64,000 nucleotides of DNA from an uncultured Pelagibacteraceae bacterium (GTDB lineage Bacteria > Pseudomonadota > Alphaproteobacteria > Pelagibacterales > AG-422-B15). This document shows, one piece after another, positions 37,800 through 48,209 of this stretch (positions are counted from its first letter, which is position 1; every line of letters starts with the position of its first letter). Made by a program: the position numbers and the translations under genes. The stretch is taken from assembly GCA_902617525.1 (NCBI GenBank), contig CACMWW010000004.1, positions 12,672 to 76,671 of the forward strand. Direction: 5' to 3'. Below the pieces are notes generated by a model. The model was not told the origin of the DNA and ran no database searches. It saw only the letters and a program-made list of their open reading frames with translations.

Positions 37800-38818
37800 T
37801 TTATTTGTGCATCTTTTGGTATATCATTAACAAGTTTTCTTCCAATAATTTCTTTGTAATATTTAGCTGGAACCACATCTCCAGTTGGGCCTGGCCGCTT
37901 AACCCAAATGTCATTTTTTTCAATTTTATGCCCGGCCGACATTTGCTTTTCTGATACAACACTTTCTCTTGCCCAAGCTAATATCTGCTTTTCTTGATCA
38001 AATACTTTTTTTTCGCTACCACTTGCTAAAAATAATGCTTTGGAACCTTTTACAAGCTCACCTAATTCATCAGGCTCAATTGAAGAAGCATGGTCTGGGC
38101 CGCTCGCTAATTTATCAAGGGTAAAATGCTTTTCAATGACACACGCTCCCAAGGCGACCGCCCCAAGAGCGGTATATATCCCCCTTGAATGATCTGATAA
38201 CCCAACAGGTACTTTAAATGTATCTCGAAGAGTATTAATTGCACCGAGATTTATTATTTCATAAGGGCATGGATAGGCTGAAGTGCAATGCGTTAAAATA
38301 AAATCTGTACCAATTGATTTTACTAATTCTACTGTTTCTTTGATTTCCTCCATCTCACTCATTCCGGTTGAAATGATCATGGGTTTACCCTTTTTAGCAA
38401 TATGTTCAATAAGAGGTAAATTTGTTAATTCTCCTGAACCCGTCTTGAAAAACTCTACTCCAATTTCTTCTAATGCGTCTGCACCATCTCTACTGAAAGG
38501 GGTGCAGAGGTACTTAATTCCTAATATCTCACATAATTTTTTTAATTCTATATGTTCTTTAATTGTAAAGTTTGTTCGATCTAAAGCCTCCCATAGGGAT
38601 TCTTCAAAATTATCAGATTGAGGAGTCTCTCTAAGCATTTCATTTTCAAGGTTATGAATCTGAAATTTGATACAATCAGCACCTAAAGCATGAGCAAAAT
38701 ATATCATTTGCTTAGCCTTCTTAATATCGCCTTCATGATTAATGCATGCTTCTGCGATAATAAATGGTGGATAATTATCTCCTATTTCTTGAGTTCCTAT
38801 ATTTATTTTTTTAATCAT
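37778..38818 (-). CDS. neuB: N-acylneuraminate (nonulosonic acid) synthase with C-terminal SAF domain
   Basis: 346 aa. Has PFIIAEACINHEGDIKKAKQMI, KFQ, ISTGMS, and a C-terminal SAF-like segment (GHKIEKNDIWVKRPG). Confidence 0.9.
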   Translation of the reverse strand: MIKKINIGTQEIGDNYPPFIIAEACINHEGDIKKAKQMIYFAHALGADCIKFQIHNLENEMLRETPQSDNFEESLWEALDRTNFTIKEHIELKKLCEILGIKYLCTPFSRDGADALEEIGVEFFKTGSGELTNLPLIEHIAKKGKPMIISTGMSEMEEIKETVELVKSIGTDFILTHCTSAYPCPYEIINLGAINTLRDTFKVPVGLSDHSRGIYTALGAVALGACVIEKHFTLDKLASGPDHASSIEPDELGELVKGSKALFLASGSEKKVFDQEKQILAWARESVVSEKQMSAGHKIEKNDIWVKRPGPTGDVVPAKYYKEIIGRKLVNDIPKDAQIKWSDLEK

Positions 38819-39521
38819 GTTTTTTTTTCATTTTTAATATCTTTTCTATCATCAAAAAATCAAATGGTTCATTTATATCAAGTGACTCCTCACGAGAAAC
38901 AACTAAAGGGTAAATATGATTTCCCAATACTGAATTTTTATTTATTAGAACGTCGTATCTTGTAGCATATAATGTTCCACATTCAAAGTAGATAGGTTTT
39001 CTATCCTGCCTACGGCTTTTATTAAGCCTTTCTTTACTTGAAAAAATAAATCTCTTATTTTTTATTACGCCTATAGATTTTTTTGATGAAGAAACTGAAA
39101 TAACAGAGTCAAACGAATTTGTAGAAAGAGCATTGTATGCGTCTATGATATTTTTTTTTGATCTTAAAGGCGATGTTGGTTCTAATGTGAATATAACATC
39201 TGGTTTATAGTTAATTTTTTTTTGAACATATTGACATGCATGTATTAATGCTGACTCAGTTTTTGAATGATCAGTAGAATATTTTCTAGGTCTTTTTAAA
39301 GAAATGACATTTTTGTATGTTTTGCAAATTTGCAGTATTTTCTCATGGTCAGAAGATACAATAACGTGATCAAAAATTTTTGACTTAATAGCTTTTTCTA
39401 AAGAATATATAAAAAGAGGTTTTTTATGAAGTTTCTTTATATTTTTATTTTTGATGCCTTTTGATCCAGCTCTTGCCGGTATTACACATATACATTTAAG
39501 TTTTTTGTTCTTAATTTTCAT
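38811..39521 (-). CDS. neuA: Acylneuraminate cytidylyltransferase (CMP-nonulosonate synthetase)
   Basis: 236 aa. Has CVIPARAGSKGIKNKNI, EPTSPLR, and RRQD. Confidence 0.85.
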   Translation of the reverse strand: MKIKNKKLKCICVIPARAGSKGIKNKNIKKLHKKPLFIYSLEKAIKSKIFDHVIVSSDHEKILQICKTYKNVISLKRPRKYSTDHSKTESALIHACQYVQKKINYKPDVIFTLEPTSPLRSKKNIIDAYNALSTNSFDSVISVSSSKKSIGVIKNKRFIFSSKERLNKSRRQDRKPIYFECGTLYATRYDVLINKNSVLGNHIYPLVVSREESLDINEPFDFLMIEKILKMKKKHD

Positions 39522-40636
39522 TATTTTAACACTCTTAATACAATTTTTGTTCTTCTCTCTAGGATTTTATAAATTCCGTAAATATATTTTAATGCACTGT
39601 TTAAATGTAGAAACTCAAAATTTTTTGGGAAAGCCCATAATTTTAATATTTGAAATTTGTTTGGCTTATCATTCTTATTAACATAGTCAAAAAAATAAGC
39701 ATTATCATGAAGATAAAATTTTATTAAATACGTCTCTGCTAATGAAATAGACTTTTCATAATTATATTTTTTTGAAGTATCTGATATGACTTTTAGAGGC
39801 GTTGCTTCATCAGTTTTACCAACATTTTTGGGTAATTTGTTTATTTTAGTATCTCCAAATACAGATAATATGTTTGGTAATGGGTGTACACCAAAGTTTA
39901 GCCACTCAGAAACTTTATTAATTTCTTTAGAAGGATCCATAACAAGATCTTCATATTTTATAATTAAATGATTATTTTTATTTTTTATTTTGTTGATTAA
40001 AAAATCAGTATGAATTTCCCACCTTTTTAAAATTGTAAAGAGAGTGTCACCTCCTAAATACCAATTAGATCTTTTTAGAGGATTTTTCTTTTGTCTTGTT
40101 TCTCTCACTATAGACTCATATGTTTTAACTGGATCTCTTAAAAGATGTATAAATTTCATATCAGGAAAATACTGCTCATATAAATCCAAATATATTAATT
40201 CAACAGACCTAAATATTTTATTTTCTTTTATTTCGCCGTTATAAAGCCACTCAGAAAACCTATCCATAAAATCGTTTATGAATTCCTGTATTTCATATTC
40301 TCCACGAAAATGTTCTGTCAACTTAAGATTATTAGAACGCTTTTCTGAGTCTAAAAAATTTAGTTCAAATTGCTCCAAAATATCACTAACTTGGGATTGA
40401 TAATAATTTGAAATTTCTTCATTAATTATAAATCTTTTATTATAAAAAATATTTTTCGTGAAAACTGCATTATGTATAGTATTTTTTTTTAATACTTTTT
40501 TACCACTAGTCAGGTCGTTTATTGCTGAAAAAAAAATTGTTTCAAGAGGATGTACATATGTATTTGGTATACCATCTATGAGTCTTGAAAATAATGATGA
40601 CCCATTTCTACCAGTCCCAAATATACCTACTAACAT
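39521..40636 (-). CDS. Sulfotransferase family protein (PAPS-dependent type)
   Basis: 371 aa. N-terminal 5'-phosphosulfate-binding-like loop GIFGTGRNGSSLFSRL and a 3'-phosphate-binding-like HLLRDPVKTYES. Its ATG shares a base with the neuA stop (TAATG at 39521). Confidence 0.7.
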   Translation of the reverse strand: MLVGIFGTGRNGSSLFSRLIDGIPNTYVHPLETIFFSAINDLTSGKKVLKKNTIHNAVFTKNIFYNKRFIINEEISNYYQSQVSDILEQFELNFLDSEKRSNNLKLTEHFRGEYEIQEFINDFMDRFSEWLYNGEIKENKIFRSVELIYLDLYEQYFPDMKFIHLLRDPVKTYESIVRETRQKKNPLKRSNWYLGGDTLFTILKRWEIHTDFLINKIKNKNNHLIIKYEDLVMDPSKEINKVSEWLNFGVHPLPNILSVFGDTKINKLPKNVGKTDEATPLKVISDTSKKYNYEKSISLAETYLIKFYLHDNAYFFDYVNKNDKPNKFQILKLWAFPKNFEFLHLNSALKYIYGIYKILERRTKIVLRVLK

Positions 40637-40638
40637 TG

Positions 40639-41463
40639 CTAATTTATTAAACCTCTATTCTTTAGTAAAATCACAAATCTATTTGGGTTAAAATCAATTA
40701 ACTCAAAATTTCTTTTCATTAAAAAATTCAAACATGGTATTAAAGTGCTTTCTTGTAGCTCACCTCTTTCGTACCCTACATCTATCGAAATGAATTCAAC
40801 TTTACCTATATTTTTGCTTAATCCCTCGAGTATTTCAGGTTCAGCCCCTTCAGCCTCTAGCTTGATTAATTTAATATTTTGATCAATTTCGTCTATCAAA
40901 TTATCAAGTGTAAGTGTTTTGATTTTTATTTCTTCAGTATAATTTTTAATTTTTATTAGTGAGGAGTCTCCATACTCGCTCGATAAATAAAATGTAGCTA
41001 ATTCATCATTATTTTTATAAAGCGCTCTATTTATCAACTTCTGGTTCTTAATATTATAACTCAGATTACTAAATTCTATTGGTGAGGGCTCAATACCTAT
41101 ATATCTAATATTTTTACTAAAATACAAATATAAGTCACCATTGTTTGCTCCACAATCAATAACGATATCATCTTTTTGAAATTTGACCCTATGAAGTAAA
41201 TAATCGTTTCCAATTTGATATCCTCTTGCCTTAAGTCCATTTGAATATGCCATCAGGCCTTGTTTCCTATGATAAAATCTGTATTTATAGATATCGTCTT
41301 TGATAAAAAAGAATTCATTTTCTCTATAAATTCTACCGTTTAAATTGAATACAAATGAATAAAAATTGAATGCTGAAACATATGCTTGACCTTTTTGTAA
41401 ATAAACTAGTTTAAAGATAATTTTTTTTATAGGTCTAAAAATATTTTTTATGATCTTTTTCAT
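40639..41463 (-). CDS. FkbM-family methyltransferase
   Basis: 274 aa. Has VIDCGANNGDLYLYF and LIKLEAEGAEPEIL. Confidence 0.75.
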   Translation of the reverse strand: MKKIIKNIFRPIKKIIFKLVYLQKGQAYVSAFNFYSFVFNLNGRIYRENEFFFIKDDIYKYRFYHRKQGLMAYSNGLKARGYQIGNDYLLHRVKFQKDDIVIDCGANNGDLYLYFSKNIRYIGIEPSPIEFSNLSYNIKNQKLINRALYKNNDELATFYLSSEYGDSSLIKIKNYTEEIKIKTLTLDNLIDEIDQNIKLIKLEAEGAEPEILEGLSKNIGKVEFISIDVGYERGELQESTLIPCLNFLMKRNFELIDFNPNRFVILLKNRGLIN

Positions 41464-42890
41464 ATTTTATTTTTTAATAAATTATCTAAGTTGACTAAAT
41501 TAAATTTATTTAAAAGTACTCTAAATTTTAGAATAGCTAAAAATACAAAAATAAATATCAGTAAACATTTAAAAAGAAATGGTATTGAAAAATAGAATTC
41601 ATAAAAATAAATGAGAAAATATATTGATGTAATTTTTATGAAGTGCCTATCAATGTGTATGTTGCAGCCTTCTTTAAAAGCTAGAATTCTTCTCCAAAGT
41701 TGGACAGTAAAATTAGATAGTATAATTGATGTCAAACCACCATACATTCCACCATATTTTACTCCAAGATAAGTTATAAAAATGAAAAAAATACTAGAAA
41801 TTGTCATAGAGGTTGCAAGGATTTTTATCCTTTTTTGACTTACTAAATAAAAATTATAAATCGCACCATAAAGATATGCAAATATTATCAAATACCATAT
41901 AGGAATTAATGGTGCCGACTCGACAAATTTTCCGTGAGTTAACAAATTAACAACATCATAGCTAATTAAAATTAATATTATTCCTCCTGAAAAAAAAATT
42001 GTTGAGCAAATTTTTATAAATTTTGTTGTTTCTGTAATTTTAATAATATTTTTTTCAGTAAACGATTTGATAGTATCAGACATTAAGGTTTTAGTTAATG
42101 CTTTGTAAATAAACTTAAATATATTTGAATAACTTTGCGCATGAGAATAAATACCCAAAGTAGATAATGATAAGAAATATTGAATAAAATATCTGTCCGA
42201 TATATTTCCAATTGTTTCTGCAAGATTTGAGGGTATTGCTGGTAGTCCAGTTTTAATTACTTCTTCAATCCATTTTCTTGAAATTTCTATTTTTATATTT
42301 TTTGACAAAAATATTATTTCGAAAAACAATGAAATTGTGTTGACAATTAATGGTCCTAAAAAAAGTGAAATTACACCTAACTCTAGAACAATTAAAAAAA
42401 TTAAAACACTAACAAGGCTTATAAGGTTCCTAATTATTTCTAGTGCAAAGTATAATTTTGCTTTTTTTTGAATTATTAATAAGGCATTAACGGTTGGCCA
42501 GAACATTCCAGCTAAAACTCCTATTAATGCTATTTCAAATAATTGTTTATAACTGGTGTCATATTCGGCAATCACAAAATCCAAAATAAAACTACCAGAT
42601 AACCAATATAGAAGAACCCATAGTGACTTCAGAGAAAAATCAACTAAAAGTGTGTTAAAGATAAGTTTCTTTCTATCAACTTCATTGATTATAAAGTAAT
42701 TACTTCCCAATATCCACTCAGCGCCAGAGGATGCGAGTGGTCCAATAGGCGCAATAATGACCATAATTATTGCTACTACGCCAAAATCTTTTGGCTCTAG
42801 ATAGAATGTTGTAACAGGAATTAAAATTAAAAAAGATATAAATGCTTGAATAATTGAAGGGGCAAGAAAATAATTAAAATTTTTAAACAT
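41460..42890 (-). CDS. wzx: Wzx-type oligosaccharide flippase (MOP/polysaccharide biosynthesis protein family)
   Basis: 476 aa with about 12-14 TM segments and no soluble domain. The position within a glycan cluster fits a flippase. Confidence 0.65.
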   Translation of the reverse strand: MFKNFNYFLAPSIIQAFISFLILIPVTTFYLEPKDFGVVAIIMVIIAPIGPLASSGAEWILGSNYFIINEVDRKKLIFNTLLVDFSLKSLWVLLYWLSGSFILDFVIAEYDTSYKQLFEIALIGVLAGMFWPTVNALLIIQKKAKLYFALEIIRNLISLVSVLIFLIVLELGVISLFLGPLIVNTISLFFEIIFLSKNIKIEISRKWIEEVIKTGLPAIPSNLAETIGNISDRYFIQYFLSLSTLGIYSHAQSYSNIFKFIYKALTKTLMSDTIKSFTEKNIIKITETTKFIKICSTIFFSGGIILILISYDVVNLLTHGKFVESAPLIPIWYLIIFAYLYGAIYNFYLVSQKRIKILATSMTISSIFFIFITYLGVKYGGMYGGLTSIILSNFTVQLWRRILAFKEGCNIHIDRHFIKITSIYFLIYFYEFYFSIPFLFKCLLIFIFVFLAILKFRVLLNKFNLVNLDNLLKNKI

Positions 42891-42909
42891 ACTTTTTAAC
42901 TAAAAAAAA

Positions 42910-43860
42910 TTAATTTTTTTTAAAATCTGTGTAGGTTTTTTTTAGACCATCAATTAAATTTATTTTTGGCGCCCAACCCAATGATTTTATAAGTGAGATA
43001 TCAAGCACCTTTCTTGGAGTTCCATCTGGTTGATTTTCATCAAATACTATGTCTCCCTTATATCCAATAATATTAGCGATTTGATGCGATAATTCATTGA
43101 TTGATATTTCTTCTCCTGAACCAACGTTAAGATGCGAAGTTTTGCTAATTACTTTTCTCTGATATTCATCATCATCTATTTTCATAACATGTAAAGTTGC
43201 CTTTGCAACGTCATCAACATAAAGAAATTCTCTCAGAGGTTTACCTGTACCCCATACATTAAATTTACTTTTTTTTTCTAACTTAGCTGTATGCATTCTT
43301 GAAATAAGGCCTGGGATTACGTGGCTATTTAATGGATGATAATTATCTCCAGGACCATACAAATTGCAAGGCATTAGAGATCTATAATCAGTTTTATATT
43401 GCTTATTGTAAGCTTCACATAATTTGATACCCGCAATTTTAGCTAAAGCATATGGTTCATTTGTTTGCTCTAACTTACCACTCAATAGGCAGTCTTCCTT
43501 TATTGGTTGTTCTGCATACTTTGGGTATATACAGGATGATCCAAGAAAAATTAATTTTGAAATAGAATTTTGAAAAGCTCCACTTATTAAATTTGTTTGA
43601 ATTGAAATATTTTCTAATAGAAAATCCACTGGATATTTACTATTTGCATGAATTCCACCTACTTTAGCTGCAGCTATAATAAGGTAATCAGGCTTATTAT
43701 TTTTTAAAAATTGATAAACATCATTTTTATTTAAAAGATCTAGATTTCTTCTATCAGCTAATATTATTTCTGATGCAAAATTTTGTTTCTGTAACTCACT
43801 CAGTATAGCTGAGCCAACCATTCCATTGTGACCAGCTACAAATACTTTACCAAACTTCAT
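42910..43860 (-). CDS. fcl: GDP-L-fucose synthase (GDP-4-keto-6-deoxymannose 3,5-epimerase/4-reductase)
   Basis: 316 aa. Has VFVAGHNGMVGSAI, GSSCIYP, and YALAKIAG. Lies directly downstream of gmd. Confidence 0.9.
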   Translation of the reverse strand: MKFGKVFVAGHNGMVGSAILSELQKQNFASEIILADRRNLDLLNKNDVYQFLKNNKPDYLIIAAAKVGGIHANSKYPVDFLLENISIQTNLISGAFQNSISKLIFLGSSCIYPKYAEQPIKEDCLLSGKLEQTNEPYALAKIAGIKLCEAYNKQYKTDYRSLMPCNLYGPGDNYHPLNSHVIPGLISRMHTAKLEKKSKFNVWGTGKPLREFLYVDDVAKATLHVMKIDDDEYQRKVISKTSHLNVGSGEEISINELSHQIANIIGYKGDIVFDENQPDGTPRKVLDISLIKSLGWAPKINLIDGLKKTYTDFKKN

Positions 43861-43881
43861 AGAATACTTACTGTATAAAAA

Positions 43882-44949
43882 TTAATTTTTATTTAAGTCA
43901 ACTTGCAACATCTCATCAACTAGTTCATCTAAGGAAATTTTTGGCTTCCAACCAAGAACTTTTCTTGCATTTGAAGAGTCACCCAACAAACTATCCACTT
44001 CTGATGGACGTATATATTTTTTATCTACCTTAACAATTGTATCACCAACATTTAATCCATCATATGTTTTTGATAAAGATGAAACTATACCCTCTTCACC
44101 TAGTTTTTTACCTCGCCATTTAATTTTAATACCAACTTTTTCAGATACAATTTTAACAAAATCTCTCACACTTACCTGATGTCCGGTACTAATAACAAAA
44201 TCTCTTGGCTTGTCTTGTTGCAGCATCATCCACTGCATTTCTACATAATCTTTAGCGTGTCCCCAATCTCTCATAGCATCAAGGTTACCTAAATACAAAG
44301 TTTTATTATTTGAATGACTTATATTTGAAAAAAACCTGGTTATCTTCCTTGTTACAAATGTTTCTCCTCTTCTAGGTGACTCGTGATTGAATAGTATTCC
44401 ATTGCATGCATACATTCCATATGCCTCACGATAATTTATTGTAATCCAATAAGCATATAATTTTGCAACGGCATATGGACTTCTTGGGTAAAATGGAGTT
44501 TTTTCAGTTTGCGGTATTTCAGTTACTTTACCATATAGTTCTGATGTAGAAGCTTGATAGAATTTTGTTTTTAAAAGGTTAAGCAACCTCAAACCTTCTA
44601 ATAATCTTAATGTACCTAAGGCATCAACATTTGCAGTATATTCAGCAGATTCAAACGACACAGCAACATGCGATTGAGCTGCAAGATTATAAACTTCATC
44701 TGGTCTAGTTTCCTGAAGAATTCTAATTAAATTTGCACCATCAGTAAGATCACCATAGTGCAAATAAAAACTTTTATCCTTAAACTGTGGCTCTTGATAA
44801 ATATGATCAATCCTTTCAGTGTTTAATGATGAAGATCTTCTTTTAATACCATGCACTTCATATCCTTTATTGAGCAGTAACTCTGCCATGTATGAGCCAT
44901 CTTGACCAGTAACACCAGTAATTAAAGCCACTTTCTTTTTATTATTCAT
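43882..44949 (-). CDS. gmd: GDP-mannose 4,6-dehydratase
   Basis: 355 aa. Has [50 protein letters not shown], and [10 protein letters not shown]. Confidence 0.92.
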   Translation of the reverse strand: MNNKKKVALITGVTGQDGSYMAELLLNKGYEVHGIKRRSSSLNTERIDHIYQEPQFKDKSFYLHYGDLTDGANLIRILQETRPDEVYNLAAQSHVAVSFESAEYTANVDALGTLRLLEGLRLLNLLKTKFYQASTSELYGKVTEIPQTEKTPFYPRSPYAVAKLYAYWITINYREAYGMYACNGILFNHESPRRGETFVTRKITRFFSNISHSNNKTLYLGNLDAMRDWGHAKDYVEMQWMMLQQDKPRDFVISTGHQVSVRDFVKIVSEKVGIKIKWRGKKLGEEGIVSSLSKTYDGLNVGDTIVKVDKKYIRPSEVDSLLGDSSNARKVLGWKPKISLDELVDEMLQVDLNKN

Positions 44950-46232
44950 TACAACCTACCATCGACAGATTTTGCTGGAAATGCATACTTAATATCATAA
45001 ATAATATTTTTTTTCTTGGCATACATTATTAATTTTTTGAGTCCCATATTTCTAAAAATTTTGTGGTTAACCGCAAGTATTAAGCCATCATAATAATTTG
45101 ATTTCAAATTATCTACTAGCTCGATTTTATATTCATTCCACACATCTTTTTTATTAACTATAGGGTCGAAAATATCAACTTCCAAATTATACAATTTCTT
45201 TAATTTTTTATATATATCTACAACTAATGTATTTCTGATATCCCGGCAGTCCTCCTTATAAGCTATACCAAGGATTAATATACGAGATTTGTTAAGCTTT
45301 ATTTTCTTTTTTTTAAAAAGTTTGCATACTTCTTCTGCAATATAATAGCCCATATTATCATTAACTCTACGTCCTGCCTTAATTAAATTAGGTTTATAAC
45401 CAATTGCAGTTGATTTATGAATTAGATAATAAGGATCTACGCCAATGCAATGTCCTCCAACGAGACCAGGTCTAAAATTCAGAAAATTCCATTTCGTTTC
45501 TGCGGCCTTTAATATTTCTTCTGTATTTAAATTCATTTTGTTAAAAATAATTGATAATTCATTCATTAAAGCGATATTTATATCCCTTTGAACATTTTCA
45601 ATAACTTTTACTGCTTCAGCTGCTTTAATACTTGATACTTCGTGTGTTCCACTTAAGATAATTTGATTGTATAAATTAGAGATTTTTTTTGTAATTTTTT
45701 TATTTGATCCTGCAACAATTTTTTTAATCTTTGTAAAATGATTTTTTTTGTCTCCAGGATTTATTCTTTCAGGACTATATCCACAATAAAAACCTGGCTG
45801 ATTAGACTCTTTGTTGAGATATTTTAACTTTGATATTTTTTCAATTATAGGTGCACAAATATCATCCGTCACCCCTGGATATACTGTTGATTCAAATATT
45901 ACAATATCTTGATTAGAAATAATTTTACCTAAAGCCTTACTTGCATCTATAAGAGGTTTTAAATTTGGTTTTTTTAAATGATTTTTTGGAGTAGGGACAG
46001 CAACTATATAGATGTTGCAATCTTTAATATCCTTAATACTTGATGTAAAACTTAGCTTTTTTGACTGTTTAAAGTCATTAACTGATACTTCATTAGTTAT
46101 ATCTAATTTTTCTTTAAGCTCATTAATACGAGTCTTTTTAATATCATATCCTATAGTTTTGAATTTTTTACCAAACTCAATAGCAAGGGGTAAACCAACA
46201 TATCCTAGTCCTATAATAGCAATTTTTTTCAT
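44949..46232 (-). CDS. Nucleotide-sugar 6-dehydrogenase (TviB/WbpO-like UDP-HexNAc dehydrogenase type)
   Basis: 427 aa. Has [21 protein letters not shown] and the catalytic-Cys segment [12 protein letters not shown]. Confidence 0.8.
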   Translation of the reverse strand: MKKIAIIGLGYVGLPLAIEFGKKFKTIGYDIKKTRINELKEKLDITNEVSVNDFKQSKKLSFTSSIKDIKDCNIYIVAVPTPKNHLKKPNLKPLIDASKALGKIISNQDIVIFESTVYPGVTDDICAPIIEKISKLKYLNKESNQPGFYCGYSPERINPGDKKNHFTKIKKIVAGSNKKITKKISNLYNQIILSGTHEVSSIKAAEAVKVIENVQRDINIALMNELSIIFNKMNLNTEEILKAAETKWNFLNFRPGLVGGHCIGVDPYYLIHKSTAIGYKPNLIKAGRRVNDNMGYYIAEEVCKLFKKKKIKLNKSRILILGIAYKEDCRDIRNTLVVDIYKKLKKLYNLEVDIFDPIVNKKDVWNEYKIELVDNLKSNYYDGLILAVNHKIFRNMGLKKLIMYAKKKNIIYDIKYAFPAKSVDGRL

Positions 46233-46233
46233 A

Positions 46234-46938
46234 TTACTTGAAATCTTCTATCTTAATTTTGTCTAGCCTTTCAGGTGTACCTATATCAATAAATACTTTA
46301 TTAGTTGCGTACAAAAACAAATTATTTTCAAAACTGTCCTTTATGAAATAGTTTTCTAGTGCGAAAGGATATTTATTTGGCATTTTATCAATGATTTCCC
46401 TATTAAAACAATATACTCCAGCATCAGACTGAAGTTTTGATAATTTATTTTTATCACCCAAGCTTATAATTTTTTCATTATTATCGACATAAATTTGCCT
46501 ATAATTACCTGAAAATTTTGGTATACCACTTGATAATGTTATATCCGCTTTTTTTGATATATGAAAATCAAGCATTTCTGCATAATTTAATTTTATAAAT
46601 GTATCACCATTAATTACAAAAAATATTTTGCTTCTTACGAGTTTCTCTGCATTTTTTATAGCTCCGCCTGTTCCAATTTGTGTTTCTTCATGAGAAAAGA
46701 TAATTTCTATATTATTGAGCATTTTATTATTTAAAAAATGATCCTTAAGAGGATTTGCGTAAAAACCTGTACATAATATAAATCTTCGAAAACCTTGATT
46801 AAAAAGGTAATTAATTGTGATATCAATTAAGTACTCCCCCCCAATTTGAACAAGAGTTTTAGGCTTATCCTTAAGCCTTTTTTTTATTCTTGAACCCTTG
46901 CCTCCAGTAAGAATCAATATGTCTGTATTATTGATCAT
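46234..46938 (-). CDS. Sugar-1-phosphate nucleotidyltransferase (HddC-like, possibly heptose-1-phosphate guanylyltransferase)
   Basis: 234 aa. Has ILTGGKGSRIKKRLKDKPKTLVQIGG, GTGGAI, and a short single-domain form. Substrate is inferred only from the hddA/gmhA context. Confidence 0.65.
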   Translation of the reverse strand: MINNTDILILTGGKGSRIKKRLKDKPKTLVQIGGEYLIDITINYLFNQGFRRFILCTGFYANPLKDHFLNNKMLNNIEIIFSHEETQIGTGGAIKNAEKLVRSKIFFVINGDTFIKLNYAEMLDFHISKKADITLSSGIPKFSGNYRQIYVDNNEKIISLGDKNKLSKLQSDAGVYCFNREIIDKMPNKYPFALENYFIKDSFENNLFLYATNKVFIDIGTPERLDKIKIEDFK

Positions 46939-48209
46939 TCTTGTTTATTTAAACGATTTTTATAATTTAAACTTGCTAACAGCAATCCAATAGGTAGATA
47001 TGAAATTATTGATGACCAATTATTAAAAAAACTCATAGAAGTTGTTAAAGGAAAAAAATTAATCAAGATGCATATTGTCAGGCAAATAATATAATTTTCA
47101 TTGTCATTAAGTGTCCTGACCGATTTAAACTTAAAACTTTTTTTAAATAAAAAGTATATTAAGTAGATATAAAGAACAGAGATAATTGAAGTGCCAACTA
47201 TTCCCTGCTCTGAAAGTAATTCTAAATAGATATTATGAGGATGTGTGCTACAACTAAAACTTATAGTATCATAATCAATTCCCTCATAATTTACTTTGAA
47301 TTCATCATTTGAACATAATTTTCTAAACATTTTACTTCCTTGTCCAAATATTGGATTATCTAAAAACATATTATAGCTACTTTCAAACATTGAGTTATGT
47401 TTTGGTGAAAGAATAAATATTTCTTTATTTGTATTAACACTTTCATAAATAGTATTTACATATCGATCTTTTAAATTTGGAAAAGTCATAAATAATATGA
47501 CACATGAAATAATTATTAAAAAAAATGTTCCTAATTTCAAAAATAGATACCCTCTTATAAATATAGATATCGCTAATATACCAAATATAAATAAAATAAA
47601 CTCACTTCTATCTCCTATATAGAAAAGTAAAGGAGCATTTAAAAGAACAATTGCAATTACTGTATAAGGAATTTTTTCAGTATTCCATAGTGAGGTTGCA
47701 ATACATAGTAAAGACATTCTACAAATATAATATCCGAGTAGATCCCTGTCGTTAAATACTCCGGTTAATGAATGATTTCCATTTGCTGAAAATCCAAAAA
47801 TATTAAAATCAAAAAATAGTTGATAATATCCATCTAAGCTAACAAATAAAACAGATAAAAATAAAATAAATTTAAATTTTTTTATGAATGTTTCATGATT
47901 ATTGTAGAAATAAACAATTGCAAAAATAAAAAAAATATACCTAAAAAAAAATAATGAGTGTTCCAAAGATAAATAAATATCTGTCGAAAAAAGGGATCTC
48001 ATTAAAATATAGGCATAAAAGCTTATCGAAATTAGAAAAAATTGGTTTGTGTAATAAGTCCATAGTTTAAGTCTAATACTTATAAATATAAAATATGCTG
48101 CAATTATAGTAATAATTAAATCACCAATGAAAGGGCCTGTTAAAAGAGCAATGGGAATTAAATACAAAAGGTATAGTAATTTATTCTCAAAATTTTTAAT
48201 TCTATTCAT
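46935..48209 (-). CDS. O-antigen ligase/polymerase family membrane protein (Wzy_C domain)
   Basis: 424 aa with at least 10 TM segments. A periplasmic loop carries STHPHNIYLELLSEQGIVG, the H.HN.yL..l.e.G..G signature of the O-antigen ligase/polymerase domain. Confidence 0.7.
   Translation of the reverse strand: MNRIKNFENKLLYLLYLIPIALLTGPFIGDLIITIIAAYFIFISIRLKLWTYYTNQFFLISISFYAYILMRSLFSTDIYLSLEHSLFFFRYIFFIFAIVYFYNNHETFIKKFKFILFLSVLFVSLDGYYQLFFDFNIFGFSANGNHSLTGVFNDRDLLGYYICRMSLLCIATSLWNTEKIPYTVIAIVLLNAPLLFYIGDRSEFILFIFGILAISIFIRGYLFLKLGTFFLIIISCVILFMTFPNLKDRYVNTIYESVNTNKEIFILSPKHNSMFESSYNMFLDNPIFGQGSKMFRKLCSNDEFKVNYEGIDYDTISFSCSTHPHNIYLELLSEQGIVGTSIISVLYIYLIYFLFKKSFKFKSVRTLNDNENYIICLTICILINFFPLTTSMSFFNNWSSIISYLPIGLLLASLNYKNRLNKQE

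Noticed and set aside
38283-38621. The track lists many 60-112-aa ORFs antisense to, or in alternative frames of, long ORFs. Positions: 4744, 4849, 6671, 7405, 21129, 23090, 25332, 26939, 27417, 29090, 29497, 31024, 34088, 36760, 38283, 38690, 39451, 39786, 40044, 40458, 46012, 51390, 57981, 58714, 61147, 61441, 62435.
   Set aside because: Each one is fully nested in a longer ORF that carries clear family motifs. Their translations are low-complexity, F/I/L/K/S-rich strings, as expected from the reverse complement of AT-rich coding sequence. None has a recognisable motif. I treat them as shadow ORFs.
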